Origin: Chrysomallon squamiferum | Lineage: Eukaryota; Animalia; Mollusca | Length of the DNA: 64,000 bases | Assembly: GCA_012295275.1 (NCBI GenBank) | Contig: CM022678.1 | Span: forward strand, 7,998,001 to 8,062,000 | Direction of reading: 5' to 3' | Part shown: in pieces, positions 25,141-40,224 of the stretch | Layout of the letters: each line of letters begins with the position of its first letter | How positions within the stretch are numbered: the first letter of the stretch is position 1 | Notes under the pieces: generated by a model | What the model saw: the letters and a program-made list of their open reading frames with translations, nothing else | What the model was told of the DNA's origin: nothing | Database searches by the model: none | Translations under genes and position numbers: made by a program

Positions 25141-26400
25141 ATTGAATAAAACAAACTGCATAGACTTTTCCTGTTTGTATTAACCATGTAGTACAATATT
25201 CAAATTTCTCAGTAGGTTATGATAAAAATCTTGTAAGATATACAAAAATGATTTGTGAAAAGATGTAATAAAAATATTTATATTTTTGCATAGCTTAAAA
25301 AACTTCGGGTTTACAAGTATAAACAAATAAATAGCATTTTAATGGTAAACATCATCAACATTACATATTATAAATATTTCCATAAATTTAAACAAAAAGT
25401 ATTTCTGAGTATAAAATTTTGTTAGAGTACAAACAGATAATCTTCAAGACATGATTTGTAAGAAAGACAAATCGAGAATTTTCAAAGATCGACTCGTACA
25501 TAACAGACTGTTTGTTTCTGTGTTGATCACCTCAGTTTTCTCAATCAGTTCAATAACCACAGCAAATAATCTCAGCTTGATTACAGCATAACTGACAAGT
25601 GCTCAAGTAAATGTGTTATGCAGAAGATGATGCCTGACAAAAATGAAGTGATATTTATTTGTTTTTCTTACAGTTTATTTGTTTTTATTTATTTGTTTTT
25701 TCTCTCTCAGATTAATTTTATTTTTTTTTGCTAAATACAGATGACAAATTACAGATCTTAAATTACAGAACCATATCTTGAAGATTATTAATAAATAAAA
25801 TCCACAAATAAACTGTCAGTAAAAAAACACAAAATAATTTACAAACAAAAGAACTTTACAAACTAAAATAAATAAAACAAACCAAATTGCACCGTAAAAA
25901 CGTGAAGTTAATCAAATAACAGATTAAAATTCTATTTACTATTAAACATATTCCCATCTATATTCTTAGCACCATTATGACATTAGATAATTGAGTTATC
26001 ATACATATGCAGATACAACAATGTAAGAACAACTATGAAGGCACCATTAAACTGTAAAAGTGGAAGTTTGAACATATATTAAATACAGAATATATATCAG
26101 TTTACCATCACCGACAACAACAAAACAAACAACATGGCAATGGCTTTAAACAAAAAATTGTTTTTAAAATGTACATTCAAACAGTCTTAAGTTTTGTCAA
26201 ACACAGTTATTATTTGTCTGTGTTTCAGATTTTAGATTTTAGTTCAGCAACAGTGTTAAACACATTTCAACATTATTAATGGAAATAGCACCACACAGAT
26301 ATAATAATTTTTTATTGTTATACTTCAAAGTTGTTTTATTAGCCTCTTGTCAGAATACACCCACTGAATAAACCCATCAAAGAAAACTATTACTGATCTA

Positions 26401-26616
26401 CAGGGTGTCCACAAAGTCTGGGTACATGGGGAATTTTACTTTTTTTATTTATTTATGTTATTTTTCTTACCCAGATCGAATGATGGCTCTGTCTAAAGAA
26501 GAAAGAATCGAGTTGGTATTAACATTATTTATTAACATTAGAATTAAATAAAACTCTTTTATTTTTAAAAAGTATGTGTTAATCCCTTTATGTACCCAGA
26601 CTTTGTGGACACCCTG
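26401..26616 (+). mobile_element. 216-bp MITE / internally deleted mariner-type element downstream of the kinase B stop
   Basis: Perfect 27-bp TIRs CAGGGTGTCCACAAAGTCTGGGTACAT ... ATGTACCCAGACTTTGTGGACACCCTG, TA on the left (AA on the right). Internal MMALSKEERIELVL (from 26480) resembles a transposase HTH start. Confidence 0.8.
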
Positions 26617-26755
26617 AAGTGAAAATTCATCTGTTTAAATAGAGAAACAGTCCATGGTTTAATAGAGAAAGCCACTGTAATGATCCCTCTGAAGAGAATT
26701 TTGTCACTTATCTAGAGACAAATCTCCAGTTGAGAGAAATATTCTCATTTCAGTT

Positions 26756-28399
26756 TTAAATGTTGTCTTCTCGCAGCTTGATGGAGAATCTCTTGCGCAG
26801 TCCACGGATAAAATCATCAGGAACCTGTGCAGCTCTGCTTTCAAGTGTTTCTGGCGAATCAACAAAATCCTCATCGGAATCCTGGAAAAAAGAAAAAAAA
26901 AGGAAAATTAAAATTTATTTAAATTTATGTTAAGTGACTATAATAATTTTATTTTTATTTTTTTTAATCTAAAATAATTCTGTCCAGTTTATTAAATTTT
27001 AAAGTTTTATCCGAGACAATATTCATATTTAATAATAAATCAGTCTGACTTATATTGATATTAGGCAAAACTAAAAAAAAACAAATTCAAAAAAGGAATC
27101 TTAATAATAAAGTGGATGTAGAAATATTTCAGTTCTGTGAGTAAGAAAAAGAAAAAAGTAAAATAAAAATATCCACCCTACTGCATAATTATAATAAAAA
27201 TTATATATATATGTTACACACACCACTCACTCACACACACATCCTTTCACCAATGTTTAACACATCGGAAATAAATGTTATTTTAAATGACAATCAACAA
27301 CAACAACAATGTTAAATCCCTTTAATCTATTATTGGCTAAAATTAAAACCAAACAGAAAAATACAAATGTCCTAATTCTCTTTATCTAAATTTTCATTAA
27401 ATAAATTATTAACTGAAATAAAACTTTTTGTTTTAGTACAAACATTCTAAACAACTAATAAAGGAGGAAAGATCAAAGTGAATATTTTTATATGGATTTT
27501 TTCATAACCTTTGATATAAAAATATTTTTAACCTTTACACAGATAATGGTATTATTATTTTTGTTAACTAAAGAAGAATATTTTTCTCAAGTATATTGAT
27601 AGATTACCAAAAGAAATATTAATATTCTAATATTTGTGTTTCTTTTTATTCATTAACCTTGACCATATCTGAACTTTAAACTTTACTGACCTCTGACCCT
27701 AAATGGAGATCTAAATATTCTTCTTCTTTGAATACAATGGCTGCAACTTTCTTACAAATTTCATCAACATTTTCTGAAAAGAAAGTAGAACATCTGGATA
27801 AATAAAAGTAAATTACTCAATAAAGTGAACATCTATGAAGTTACAGATGAAGAAAGAAAGAAAGAAAGAAAGATGAAAGACAGTATAAGAAAGAATGAGA
27901 GAACAAAATAAAAAATAAAAATAAATGAAATAAAAATTTAAAAAAATAAAGAAAAAAGGAAAAACATTAAAGAACGAAAAATAAACATAAAAATAAATAT
28001 ATAAATAACTGAGGGCATAAATGAATAATTAAATACCCCCCCACTTTAAACAGTTTCATCTTGACCTAACACATCTCCTCATCTCTGGAACAGTCCACCT
28101 GTAATTAATCATCAATCACAACTAAATATCAATCTGTGTAAATACGACAGTGTATCGACAGAAAAGAGAAATCAAACAAGAATGATAACAAAACATGAAG
28201 GATATAATCAGTCTGGTAACATACCTTGTTTAAGTTTTTCTTCTACTTTTGTGATTATGTCATCAATTTTATTCAAATGAGATTGTGTATCATAAATCAG
28301 GTCATCCCCAGATCTGTGCGTAACACTCAAAGTTATGTCAACAAGCTGGAAGAGTTCAACTCGATCATCATAAGACAACTTTAAAATATTTGAGATCTG

Positions 28400-28439
<40 letters not shown>

Positions 28440-31400
28440 GACAGTGAAAAAAGAAAATAAATTCCTGCATTTATACTAATAGTAACAGCAACAACAACAT
28501 CAACTAAAACAAAAATAATAATAATTACTGATGACTGTTTTTCATTCTGACATTAAGAAATACATTTCACACATTAATAATTTTGAATGTATTCAAAATA
28601 ATAATAACAGTAATAACAATAAAAATAGTAATAGTAATAGTAATAATAATACTAATGGTAATAATAATACTAATATTAACAAAACGGATAACAAATATCA
28701 ATATTAACAACAATAATAAAAATAATAACAGTAATAAAAATCACAATGATAAAGGGACCCAAATAATATCAGTAACAACAATAAATGTGCACAGGTTTAA
28801 TATTATATTATTTCTATTTTTACCTCAGCAAGTTTTTCTTTATAATTTTTTTTCAGATCAGTAGCACTGTCAAACATTTGTCCAGTGTAGAGGGCGCTGA
28901 ATAGTCTGATAGTCTGCAAAATGTCGTCATCTTTACCAGCAAAATCTACCCCTGTCTGTCTGCTTGCAATTTCATTTGCTTTACCAAAATCTATAACTTT
29001 TATATCCAAAGGTTTCTGAAACATGACATTACCAGCTGGAAGATAAATAAGTAAATAAATGAATAAATAAATAAAATAGAATAAAATAAAATAAATAAAT
29101 AAGAAACTAAATAAATAAATAAAATAAAATAAAATAAATAAGAAACTAAATAAATAAAATAAAATAAAATAAATAAATAAGAAACTAAATAAATAAAATA
29201 AAATAAAATAAATAAATAAGAAACTAAATAAATAAGTAAATCAATATAACTTTAAAAAAAACAAATTCAGATATGTTTTGGAGACTATGACCTAAAAGTG
29301 CTATAACCTAACCAATACAATACAAATAAAATTTAACCTAACCAATACAATACAAATAAAATTTATGAAGAAAAACGTGATTACATCCATTGATCTTTTT
29401 CAACTACGTTTCTGTATCCTGTATTCATGTAGTTAAGTTTAGTCAGAATTTTCAGCGATTTTAATTTTAACAGCCATGGAGATGGGAGTTGTAAATAGAC
29501 AGTTAACAATATCAGGAATAAAAATATTTGTATATCTGAATAACTGTCAGGTGCTACTTAATAAGATCTATTTGGGGATTCTAAGGACTGTGTAAATATG
29601 CTAAGTAATTAAAAATGCTTCAAACTATGCAGGTCTCCGTGACTCCAGTTCTTTTCATGCATCCTTCTGACTGCACTGAGTAAACCTTTGAAAACGTAGA
29701 GAGAAAACGGGCGGCAACAATCTGCAGGTATTACACACTCCTCCAAGATGTCTTTCAGTGTGATTGCTGAATATTGATGTAATAATAATAATAATAATAA
29801 TAAAAATAATAAAAATATAATAATACTAATAATACTACTACTAATAAGATACTACTACTACTAAAAGTAATTTAAAAAATCAGAAAGCAGTACAAATTGA
29901 AAATGAAATAGAACAAAATCAATGTGTTAAATATTCAACTATCATTATGACAAAAATTATTATGAAAATAGTTCAAATAAGAACTTTTATTTAATGCTAA
30001 AAACAATTTGTATTTACATGTGTATACATTTTGTATCTACATGCGTGATTGCAAAATTCTTTTTGTACTGATTATATCTGTAACCAGCCAGTAAATAAAA
30101 CTATATTTCAAAATGTATTATCTGCAGTTGAATATAAAATGATAATAAAAGAAACATTTGTTATATTTTGTTTCAGGATAGCAAAACAGCGCAAGAGGTA
30201 TTTTTAAATAAATAAAAAATAAAAATTTGCTTCTTCTCACCTTGCTTGAGTTCTTCCATGTGAAAACAGATCTCATTCTCTTCCCTTCTAATCAGATACA
30301 ACTTGGGTACAAATTCTGTTTCATTCAAATCAACCCAACATTTTACTTCATTTTCTCTAAACTGGCTGATCATAACCTGAAATTCATCAAACTATTTCAC
30401 TGCAGTCATGACATTAACAAATGAAAATCACTGTCTGTATAAACTGATGGATATTAAAAAAGGAATGAATGAAGAGAACAGATGAATAAATGGATAAATA
30501 ATCAGTCTGTGAATAATATTAAAGGAGGAACAAATGAATAGAGGAATGAATAAAATAATAACTGATCAACAAAATCTCCATTTTACAAATTTTACTAGAT
30601 GGTATGTTTATGTTTATATACAAGAAAACATTTCCTATAAAATCAAAGTACCGAAGAGGAAATTCAATGAAAGAACTATTTTAATAAATAAAGGAAACTT
30701 TTCTACAAATTTTTCAATGGACAACAGTGAAAATTAAATGCATTGTTTATTTATAATAACTTACTGACTTCACCGCATGTTTTGTTTTACTGCCAACATC
30801 TTCAACTACGATGATGTCCCCAGCAATGTTTCCTTTTCCAAGAATTTCACCAAGTTGTCTAAACTGTTCACCCTTCCTATATTTTCTATTTTTTAGTGTT
30901 ATCTGTAAAAATAGCATTGACCCATCTGATATTCATAGTTGTAGGTTATTAGCTACAAAACATCTTTTTATTATTCTATTTTAACTGTAAATATTCATTA
31001 AGTTTTCTTACAAAATGGTTATCAGATATTAAATAGTAACATATTTCTACATTGTATGTGCAATTTTAATTATAAACACCCATATAACATTCTCTCTCTT
31101 GCTCTCACTCTCTCACTCACTCACACACACACATACACAAAATAGTTCATTTTGAAAGAAATTTAAGAAAAAAAATATAAATAAATTTTAATTTCAAATT
31201 GCTATAATAATATCAAGCATTAGGATAATAGAATGGAGAAAAAATTCAAAATCAGAAAGTCTAGTACAACAAATTTTTTTTTTTTTTTTAGAGTAAGCTG
31301 TAAATTTGAGTCAGGTCATATACTACAAACTGCTTTTTCACCTTCATCAACTTTATCTTATTTTCACAAAAATCATTAAAACAAGACTGAGATACACAAT

Positions 31401-33364
31401 GTTGTTAAGCATTTTTTTGCTTTTTTTGTTGTTTGAATTTTGTATTTTTAAATTACTTCTGAACCATCAAAAACAACATCAGTGGGGAGATGATGTTTCA
31501 AAATCACCTTCGATGAATCAAGAACCACACCAGCAGGGCTACGGTTTTCTTTCTCATATTCAATCAACTCCATCATCGACTTTATTCTTCGGGTGATATC
31601 TTCATCTGATTTGGGTTGCTGTATAACATCTGCTTCTGATTTGTCAAGATAATAAAGTCTTGGGATTGTCCTAAACAAAAAAATATTCTTATTCAATAAT
31701 TGATCTTTCTCATGCATACTCGAATTAAATTGAACAGAAATTTATTTACACTTGGTCTGTAGTCTATAGCATTTGAAGATACATTCACTATGAAACTAAA
31801 CGGTTTACAGAGAATACAAATTACAGTTTAATAAAGACCAATTAAATTTGCTTACTTTTCATCCTTGTATGTCAATTTAACAGTGCCTTTGGCATCTTCC
31901 TCTAAGTGAGCTAAAATGAGCATAGTTTCTAAACTGTAATCAGAATAGATGACTAGAAATTCAAAACTGTCCAGTCATATTACAAATTACAAAATCTACT
32001 GCAATAAACCAAAAATGATTATTATAACTTGTACGAATAATTAAAAAAAAAGTAATAAAACAAAGAATATGGGAATATATAAAAATATAGTTTCACAGAA
32101 CACGAATAAACTACATGTATTTTGTACAATTCTAAACTGTGAGACCTTTAACAAGTACAAATAGTTTCTGTCAGTAGAACTGTGTGTACACATCAGTTAA
32201 AATAGACTAATGAAAAGATACTGTGTACATTTTTAAACTGTGAGATCTGAATAAAGTATAATGGGTTTCTGTCAGTATAACAATGACTTGCATTTTAAAC
32301 TCATCCAAACAGTTTTAAATACAGTTTAAATACACATTTAAGAAAACCCTAAAAAAAACCTTACCTTTCTTTTCAACAACATAATTGAGGACAAGCTTCA
32401 TTCTGCGTTGTGTTTGTGGTGATAGCTGTTCAATTTTGGAAAGAAATTCATCTATGTGAAAAAGAAACAGAAATTACAGAAACAGTACAAGATGTAAATT
32501 TACAATAATTGTTACTGTAAGTTTTTTGGTGTTAATAAAATTTTAAATAAATAAAACCTTAGTAATTGCTAACTGTTAGAGTAATTGTTTAATAATGCTT
32601 CATGATCTAAGTTTGTGTACATCAGAATATTTGAATGTGTTTGTGTGTGTATGTGCATTTTATTGTTTATGTATTTATGTGTTTGTGTATTTGTGTATTT
32701 ATGTAGGTTTTGTATTTGTTTAGGATTTGTTTGTGAATGTGTATGTGTGAGTGGACATATATATATATTACTGTGTATGTATTTATGCATATGTGTGAGT
32801 TGGTTTTGTTTTTTTCTTATTTATGTGGATAAATTACTTATGTATGTTTACATTTGTGTGTGTGTGTTTCTTTCTGTTGATGTGTGTATGTTTACATGCA
32901 TATCAGTGTGTCAGTTTTATAAAGTGCACACCTATACACATAAGCAAATATATATATATATATCAAATAACTGGTTACTGTCTTACAATATCAACAATTT
33001 ATTTTTTGATTTTATTATTATTATTATTATTTGTTGTTATTGTAAAAGCTACATTCAGTATGGTCATTTAAGATCTAAACCAGCAATTAGAAACTAAACA
33101 AATTGCTTAGAATCATATGTGTGTGAGCGCGTTTTTGGTATGTATGTATGAATTAATGTATGTGTGTGTGTGTGAGCATGTGTGTGTTTGTGTGTGCCTA
33201 TGTAAGAGACTATACTAACTTAGTGTGTGTGTGTGTGTGTGAGGACAAATGTGTGTTTAACACATACCAGTCTTAAGAGAAGTCTGCTGGAGCCTGTGTT
33301 TGTCTTTCAGAGTAACTTCTAAATTGTCCCCTTTATCAATAGCCAGTGATAAATCTCTATCCAT
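26756..33364 (-). CDS. Intact NIK (MAP3K14)/Tpl2 (MAP3K8)-related Ser/Thr kinase, copy B, 11 coding exons, ~469-486 aa
   Basis: Exons 33364-33268, 32451-32365, 31910-31856, 31670-31508 (or -31457), 30902-30765, 30376-30241, 29766-29626, 29035-28824, 28396-28225, 27773-27691, 26881-26756 join in frame without stops. Motifs: GVVLDSSK-ITLKNRKY, LGKGNIAG, HAVK, FRENEV, FHMEE, HGDLHTGN, IDFG; ends ...KLREDNI*. The start codon is uncertain because the frame is open upstream to the acceptor at 33431. Confidence 0.85.
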
Positions 33365-34482
33365 ATTTGACAGAAGAGTTATTTTCTCCTGGCTTTTTAC
33401 TGTAATTGTTTCTTCATGTATTGTGATTAATCTGTAAATACAATTATCTAACAGGAAAAACTGACAAATATGAAGTACACATTAAGGCGATATTTCTGCA
33501 ACTTAAAAACAACAACATACTTTCTTCTATAAAAATACATCAATTCAATTTATTTTACAAAATTTTAATGAATTTAACAAAACTGTATTTTTTTTCTTAC
33601 TAAAGTATTATATGTATTAATCTTACCTTTGATCTATGGATTTCTTTATTTAAATTTGTTACTTTCCACAGAATATGAAAAATTATTTAAATAAATTTAA
33701 TTGTTCAAGTTAAATACTATTGTTATTTTTCACTTGAAATATGTGCAGTTTAATGAGACATATACACAATACACACACAATGACACATGTATGTGTAATC
33801 AATATTTTAAGTACAATGCATTCAGATTCAGTTACTAATATTTGTCTAAACTATTCTTCATTAAAAGTTATAAATAAATTTATGGTGTTTAAGAAGTTAT
33901 AAAAGTACTTTTGTTAATCAAATCTGAATTTGATTTTGTTTTAATAAATCATGAGATCTTACCAACGTTGTACTGCAAGCTGTTATGGTTGTTAGTATTT
34001 TCATTCTTTTTTTTTAAATATCTAAAAGTAGGTCAGTTAAATGTTCGTAAGCAAGTGGCTTAAATGGAAAGAAAATAAACAATTTAAAAAAAAAAAAAAA
34101 TGTATATAGATTATTCAGGCTAAACACTATTCTCTGTCAATAGCTACCTGGAGCCCCCTTGTATATAATCCAAATAAAATAATCCAGCGAGAAATAACAA
34201 AACAAAGAACAAACAAATAAACAAACATTGCTAGGAGTGGTGAGGTACTTGCACGGATTATTAACACTTACAACAAAATGTTTATTTAACAAAGGCCTAT
34301 TCTTCTCGCCCAGTGAACAACGCGATAAATAACCTAATTCGCTCCAGTGTACTTCGGTTTCTGTTTGTGTTTGAAATAAATTAACCAGACCAAACAATTT
34401 AACATTAGATTACATAACCGAGCGTAAAACTGCTGTCCAGCCGGTGTTCTGTCAAATAGTTACTCATTACTTATGTACACAA

Positions 34483-34529
<47 letters not shown>

Positions 34530-34680
34530 CAAAAACAAAATATCAATAACAATAAATAAATAAATTGTGTAGGGATTTAGTGGATTGTTGCGTTTGTTTG
34601 TTTGTTGATTGATTTATTTTATTTTATTTTATTATTGTTTCATTTCATTTAATAATTTGATTTGATTGACTGATTGATTG

Positions 34681-34727
<47 letters not shown>

Positions 34728-37700
34728 CATTTATTTATTTATTTATTTACTTACTTACTTACTTATTTCATTTTTATTTATTCCCGGGTTTTCCAAAATA
34801 ATTATATTTTGTTTGTTTGTTTGTTGATTGATTGATTTTTGTTTCTTACTGTGGTCTCGTTAAACATTCATTCATTTATTCAATTGGTCATAAAGTGAGT
34901 GTAAAAGTCTCACAAATACCACCTTTACTTTTAATAGTTTTATTATTATTATCAGAAAGCTTTTGTTTATTGCATTGTAATAAACATTTTTAAATTATGT
35001 GTATGTTTTTATTATCATTCACCCTTAAATATATGGGAAAAGTTAATAGTATTTTAGTAAACAAATTTTAAACCTACAGTAGCAAGGATCAAATATGTTT
35101 AACACCGGAATATTCAACTGGTAACCTACTGATTTTGAATTCCCCGCTGAACGTTATAGCGTAGCATAATTTTTATAACAGTCACTATTTAGGAGGCAAA
35201 ATACTAAACTGATTAAAATGTAAACATTAAATTCAATATATATTGCAAGTTTTTGTTTATTTCCATTTAGTATATGTGAATACCGTAACATTCTTTCCTT
35301 TTTAACGTCTAAGCGAGTTGTCGGACGATATCCAAGAAGAGTAACTCCAAATTGTTTAAACTTTAATGGTGTTCTGACTGTTACAGTGTTAGCAGCCTGC
35401 AAAGTTTTGTGCAGTTTGTGATTGAAATTCATTACGAAACTTTGGAGATACGAGGTTGTTGGTGTATGGCTAAATACAACTCATATTTCTACTTTTATAA
35501 TCTAATAACATTAAGAGTCCCAACCGTTCTATGCTACTCTTTCATAAGCTTGTTTCATATAATGATATATGAATTAAAAATATCAAAACTATCAGCCTAT
35601 ATTAGTATATATAACAATACAGAAACAGGGTGTATGAATTTGTGATTGAAATATACAAGAACTAAAGCGAGTAAAATATTTGTATTTGGAAAGCTATTAT
35701 TATTATTATCTACATTTTTTCATTGCAGTATACTAACCTGCACAAAAATAAATCTTCCGTCACTGGTTTCAACCTTTTTCATACCGCGACCCCTTATTAT
35801 CTTACGAGCAACTGAATATGACCGATGACCCCCTTTAAAATGTTTGATTCAATAACATCTAGGGTTACCATATTTTCATCAAAGACAGTACAAAACGAAT
35901 CTGAATTTTAATTTATTTAGCTATTAGTATTCTCGAACGCGATAACACAAAATCATAATGTAATTCAAAGTAAGTAATTTATTTCTGACGTTAAAATCTT
36001 TAAAAGTTTAAAAAAATACAAATTAGACAAATCATGGTTTTCAACCAAAGGTCCAATGATTCTTAACAATGTGTGCTTATTTTAATTTTCTAGTATTTCT
36101 ATCATGCCCAGTCAAGAAGAGATCAACAAGAACTCCGGTAGCGACAATAACATCCTCAGGTGTGATTACATTTTGTCCATCCACATCATCATGGCCAATC
36201 CATGTTATCTTGTCTGCAGAACAGAATAATGTAATGGAATAACGTGTTAAACTGTTGCAAATATGTATTTCCTCATTTGTTACCGTCTTAAATAATTGTG
36301 TGTAAAACTACATCAACAATTAACATAATAGTTTACCTTTTTGGCAAAGGAGATTCTTTCATCTTTTTTAATTGTTAAATAACTGAATCTTATGTGGGTA
36401 CAATCAAAGAATGCTACAATAGCTGATTGTATAACAAGAAATGGTCTTTAAAAACAAACTGAAAAAAAAAAGAAGTCATATCTGATGTGAACTGTTAATT
36501 TTTTCATTTGAAACCATATGATTGAAACATCAACAGTATCACTGGCTTAGACATATGAGTGTGGTATGTTACTCTATGTTTGTATACACAAAACAAAGAA
36601 CTATGATTATATTTTTGCAGTGTTTGGAAGAAATCATTTGAGACATGATACTTTCGTTGGTGATAGTTACCACTGTTGTAGAATTATATGTATCCATGAG
36701 TTCTAAAACTGAGTTGCATGTACTTCCAGACAGATATATTAATTACACGAGATACTAATGACTGTTTTAAGAATTTGATTGTTAGTTTTTTGTTTACTCA
36801 ACACCAATTTTGTAATAACATTCATTTGTCATCAACTATCTAGTCATTTTAGTTATTATGTACACACACATTAAGATATTTTGTTTCTTCCAGATTTTAC
36901 TACTTGAATTACATTTATTTATTAAATATTTGATTCATTTTCATTTTTTCTTAACATCAAATATAATAATAGAGGGTTTTTTTCTACATCGAGTGCTTTA
37001 CCAATTTCTTTTTTAAACTGAAATAAGTTATTGTTAAAATGTTGTACAGAGGCGAGTCAGTTAGGTTATTATAATTATTTTTGTTTTTGCTGTCAGATTG
37101 ATAAAATGCTTCTATTCTGTTTACTTTTTGCTGACTCTTCTGTTAAAACGGTTTAGTAATAAATTTACTGCCTTAAAGGGTTTTTTTCTGTTTTGCTTTT
37201 TCTCTGGTGATGGTTAACAGACGGTAACTAAATAAATATTTGTTTAACAACCATGCGACAGGTAAACTACTAATGTGGTAAATGTTCTTTATGAGCGTCT
37301 TTTTGAACACAGTGGGACTGAAGATTGATCCCACAGCTAGTAGCATCTCAGTCCAACAATATGGTCTGTTAATGATAAAAGAGAAGAAACCTGATTACTT
37401 AGCTCTAAACAAGTGTTTCTATATTGACACATGCTGTTATAGCTTTTTATAAACATCTGCTGGGTATGTGGTTGGAACAGGAAAGAAAACGGCAGGTGCT
37501 GGAAGGACAATTGAAAATGTAGTTCAGAACATCTCCACACATGTATAATTTATTTGTCCCTGGTTTAACCAACAACACAGGTAATCTAGAGCTACCAACT
37601 ATAAACAGAGATAAAGAAACACTTTATAAAATGACTAAGTTTATTATTCTTGTACATTTCCATTTTACAGAATATATCTTTTGTCCTTTTAATACATTAT

Positions 37701-39190
37701 GATTATCTTGTCAATACAGAAATTAGTTGAAACTGCGTAGATTTTGCTTGCTCACATTAACCATGTACAACCATATTCCAATTTCTCAGAAAGTTATGAT
37801 TAAAAATCTTGTAAAATATCAAAAATGATTTGTGAAAAAGTTGTTATAAAATTAATTACATTTTTGCAAAATTAAAAACTCTAGTTTAAAAGTATAATAA
37901 ATAAATAATATTAACAATTCTATATGTTACTTTCATCAGCCTATATCAGTATATGAATTAAAAACATCACAACTATCAGAATTACATATTACAGAAACAT
38001 CAGAATAAAATATTATAAATATTTCCTTACTGTATTGACAAGACAATGTATTAAAAGAAGCACAATTTATAAAAAAAAAAAAAAATTCTGAGTATAGAAT
38101 TTTGTTAGAATATAAACAAATAATCTTCAAGACATGATTTGTAAATTACAGGAAAGACAAATAGAAAATTTTCAAAGATCGACCCATACATAACAGACTG
38201 TTTGTTTCTGTGTTGATCACCCCACTTTTCTCAGTCAGTTCAGTAACCGCAGCAAATAATCTCAGTTTGAATACTGCATAGTTCACAAGTTCTCAAGTAA
38301 ATGTGCCCGACAAAAAAGGAAGTGATTATTATTTGCTTTTCTTACAGTTTATTTGTTTTTACATATTTGTGAGGTGTGAAAATTACAGTATAGGCAGTCA
38401 GGAGAAATGTTTGTTAAACTTTCAAAAGCAGACAGGGTTATATCTTGTAAACTACTTGTCTGGTCATGCTAAAAATGGAAATTTGAGCTTCTTCAGCACC
38501 AGTTATCTTTACTACCCTTAACTTCAGATCTTAAATAACAGAATCGTATCTTGAAGATTATTAAAATCCAGAAATAAATTGTTAGTAATGCAACAAAAAC
38601 TATTTACAAACATGAAAAAACTTTTAAAATGTAAAAAAAATGAAAAAGAAAAAGAAATAGTCTATTAATATATAAATAAATAAACTTTACTATGACCAAT
38701 TAAAAAAAAAAAAAAAAAAAAAAAAATTCAGTGGCTTTAAGTCCAGGCTAAAAAATTCAGTTATTTAAATTAACGTCATGAAAGGAAATTTGAAACAACA
38801 TACAACAACAATAACAATAATCAATAAACCACTGAAATCAGATACAATTTTAAAAGAATTAAGTTTCTGACATTATGGAAAAAAATGTATAAATCTTAAA
38901 TAAACTTATAGTAGAGAAAAATATTTGAATGTTTTCAATAAGGACATCAGAAAATATCCAAAAACAAATAAAAAATAAATTACAAAAAAAAAATAAAAAT
39001 AAAAAAATAATAATAAAAATTACAAAAACCTAGATAAGAAATATAACAGAACAAAATGCAACCTACTGCACAATAATGATAAAAAATTACACACACACTC
39101 TTGTATCAAAGTTTTACAAATCAGAAATAACTTTTAACAAGACAAAAATGATAAATAAAATAAGTACAAAAAAGGGGAAGAACTTAAATT
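28383..39190 (+). repeat. Recent segmental duplication: near-identical direct copy of window 1-~10850
   Basis: Position 1 aligns to 28383. Identical or near-identical ORFs recur about 28.3 kb apart (202/28583, 2163/30534, 3081/31448, 5850/34137, 7321/35646), with only scattered SNPs and indels. Confidence 0.9.
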
Positions 39191-40189
39191 AAAAGTCTGT
39201 TTATGTAACAATATTTTTCTTAATGTTCTAATTCTCTCATTTAAATTTTCATTAATAATGTAATCAACTGAACTTAAATTTTGTTTGCTCTAATAGATAC
39301 ATTTTGAACACAAATCTTGTAAAATATCAAAAATGATTTGTGAAGAAAGTTGTTATAAAATTAATTAAATTTTTGCAAAATTTTAAACTAGTTTAAAAGT
39401 ATAAAAAATAAATAGCGTTTTAATAGTAAATATCATCAGAATTACATTTTATAAATATTTCCTTACTGTATTGACAAGACAATGCATTAAAACAAACACA
39501 ATTTATATATGTAAAAAAACCGAAACAAACAAACAAAAAAACACATTTCTGAGTATAGAATTTTGTTAGAGTATAAACAGATAATCTTCAAGACATGATT
39601 TGTAAATTACAGGAAAGACAAATAGAAAATTTTCAAAGATCAACCCATACATAACAGACTGTTTGTTTCTGTGTTGATCACCCCACTTTTCTCAGTCAGT
39701 TCAGTAACCGCAGCAAATAATCCCAGTTTGAATACTGCATAGTTCACAAGTTTTCAGGTAAATGTGTTATTCAGAAAATGATACCTGACAAAACAATAAG
39801 TGATAGGAACAAAATCCTGCAGATAATATGATAATAACATATATTTGTGAGCTGTGATCATTAGAATATAGGCAGACAGAAGAAATGTTTGTTAAAATTT
39901 CAGAAACAGGGATGGTTATATCTTGTAAACTGCTTGTGTGGTCATGGTAAAACTGGAAATATCAGCTTCTTCAGCACCAGTTATCTTTACTACCCTTAAC
40001 TGCAGATCTTAAATAACAGAATCATATCTTGAAGATTATTAAAATCCAGATATAAATTGTTAGTAATGCTATGAAAACTATTTACAAACATAAGAAAACT
40101 TTTAAAATGGAAAAAAACAAAAACAAGAAAAAAAAAAGAAGAAAAAGTCTATTAATAAATAAATAAATAAACTTTTCTATGACCAATTG

Positions 40190-40224
<35 letters not shown>

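Noticed and set aside
26756-33364. Assigning the symbol MAP3K14 or MAP3K8
   Set aside because: Similarity is limited to the pre-kinase segment, N-lobe and helix E. The C-lobe and termini differ, and orthology needs a phylogeny.
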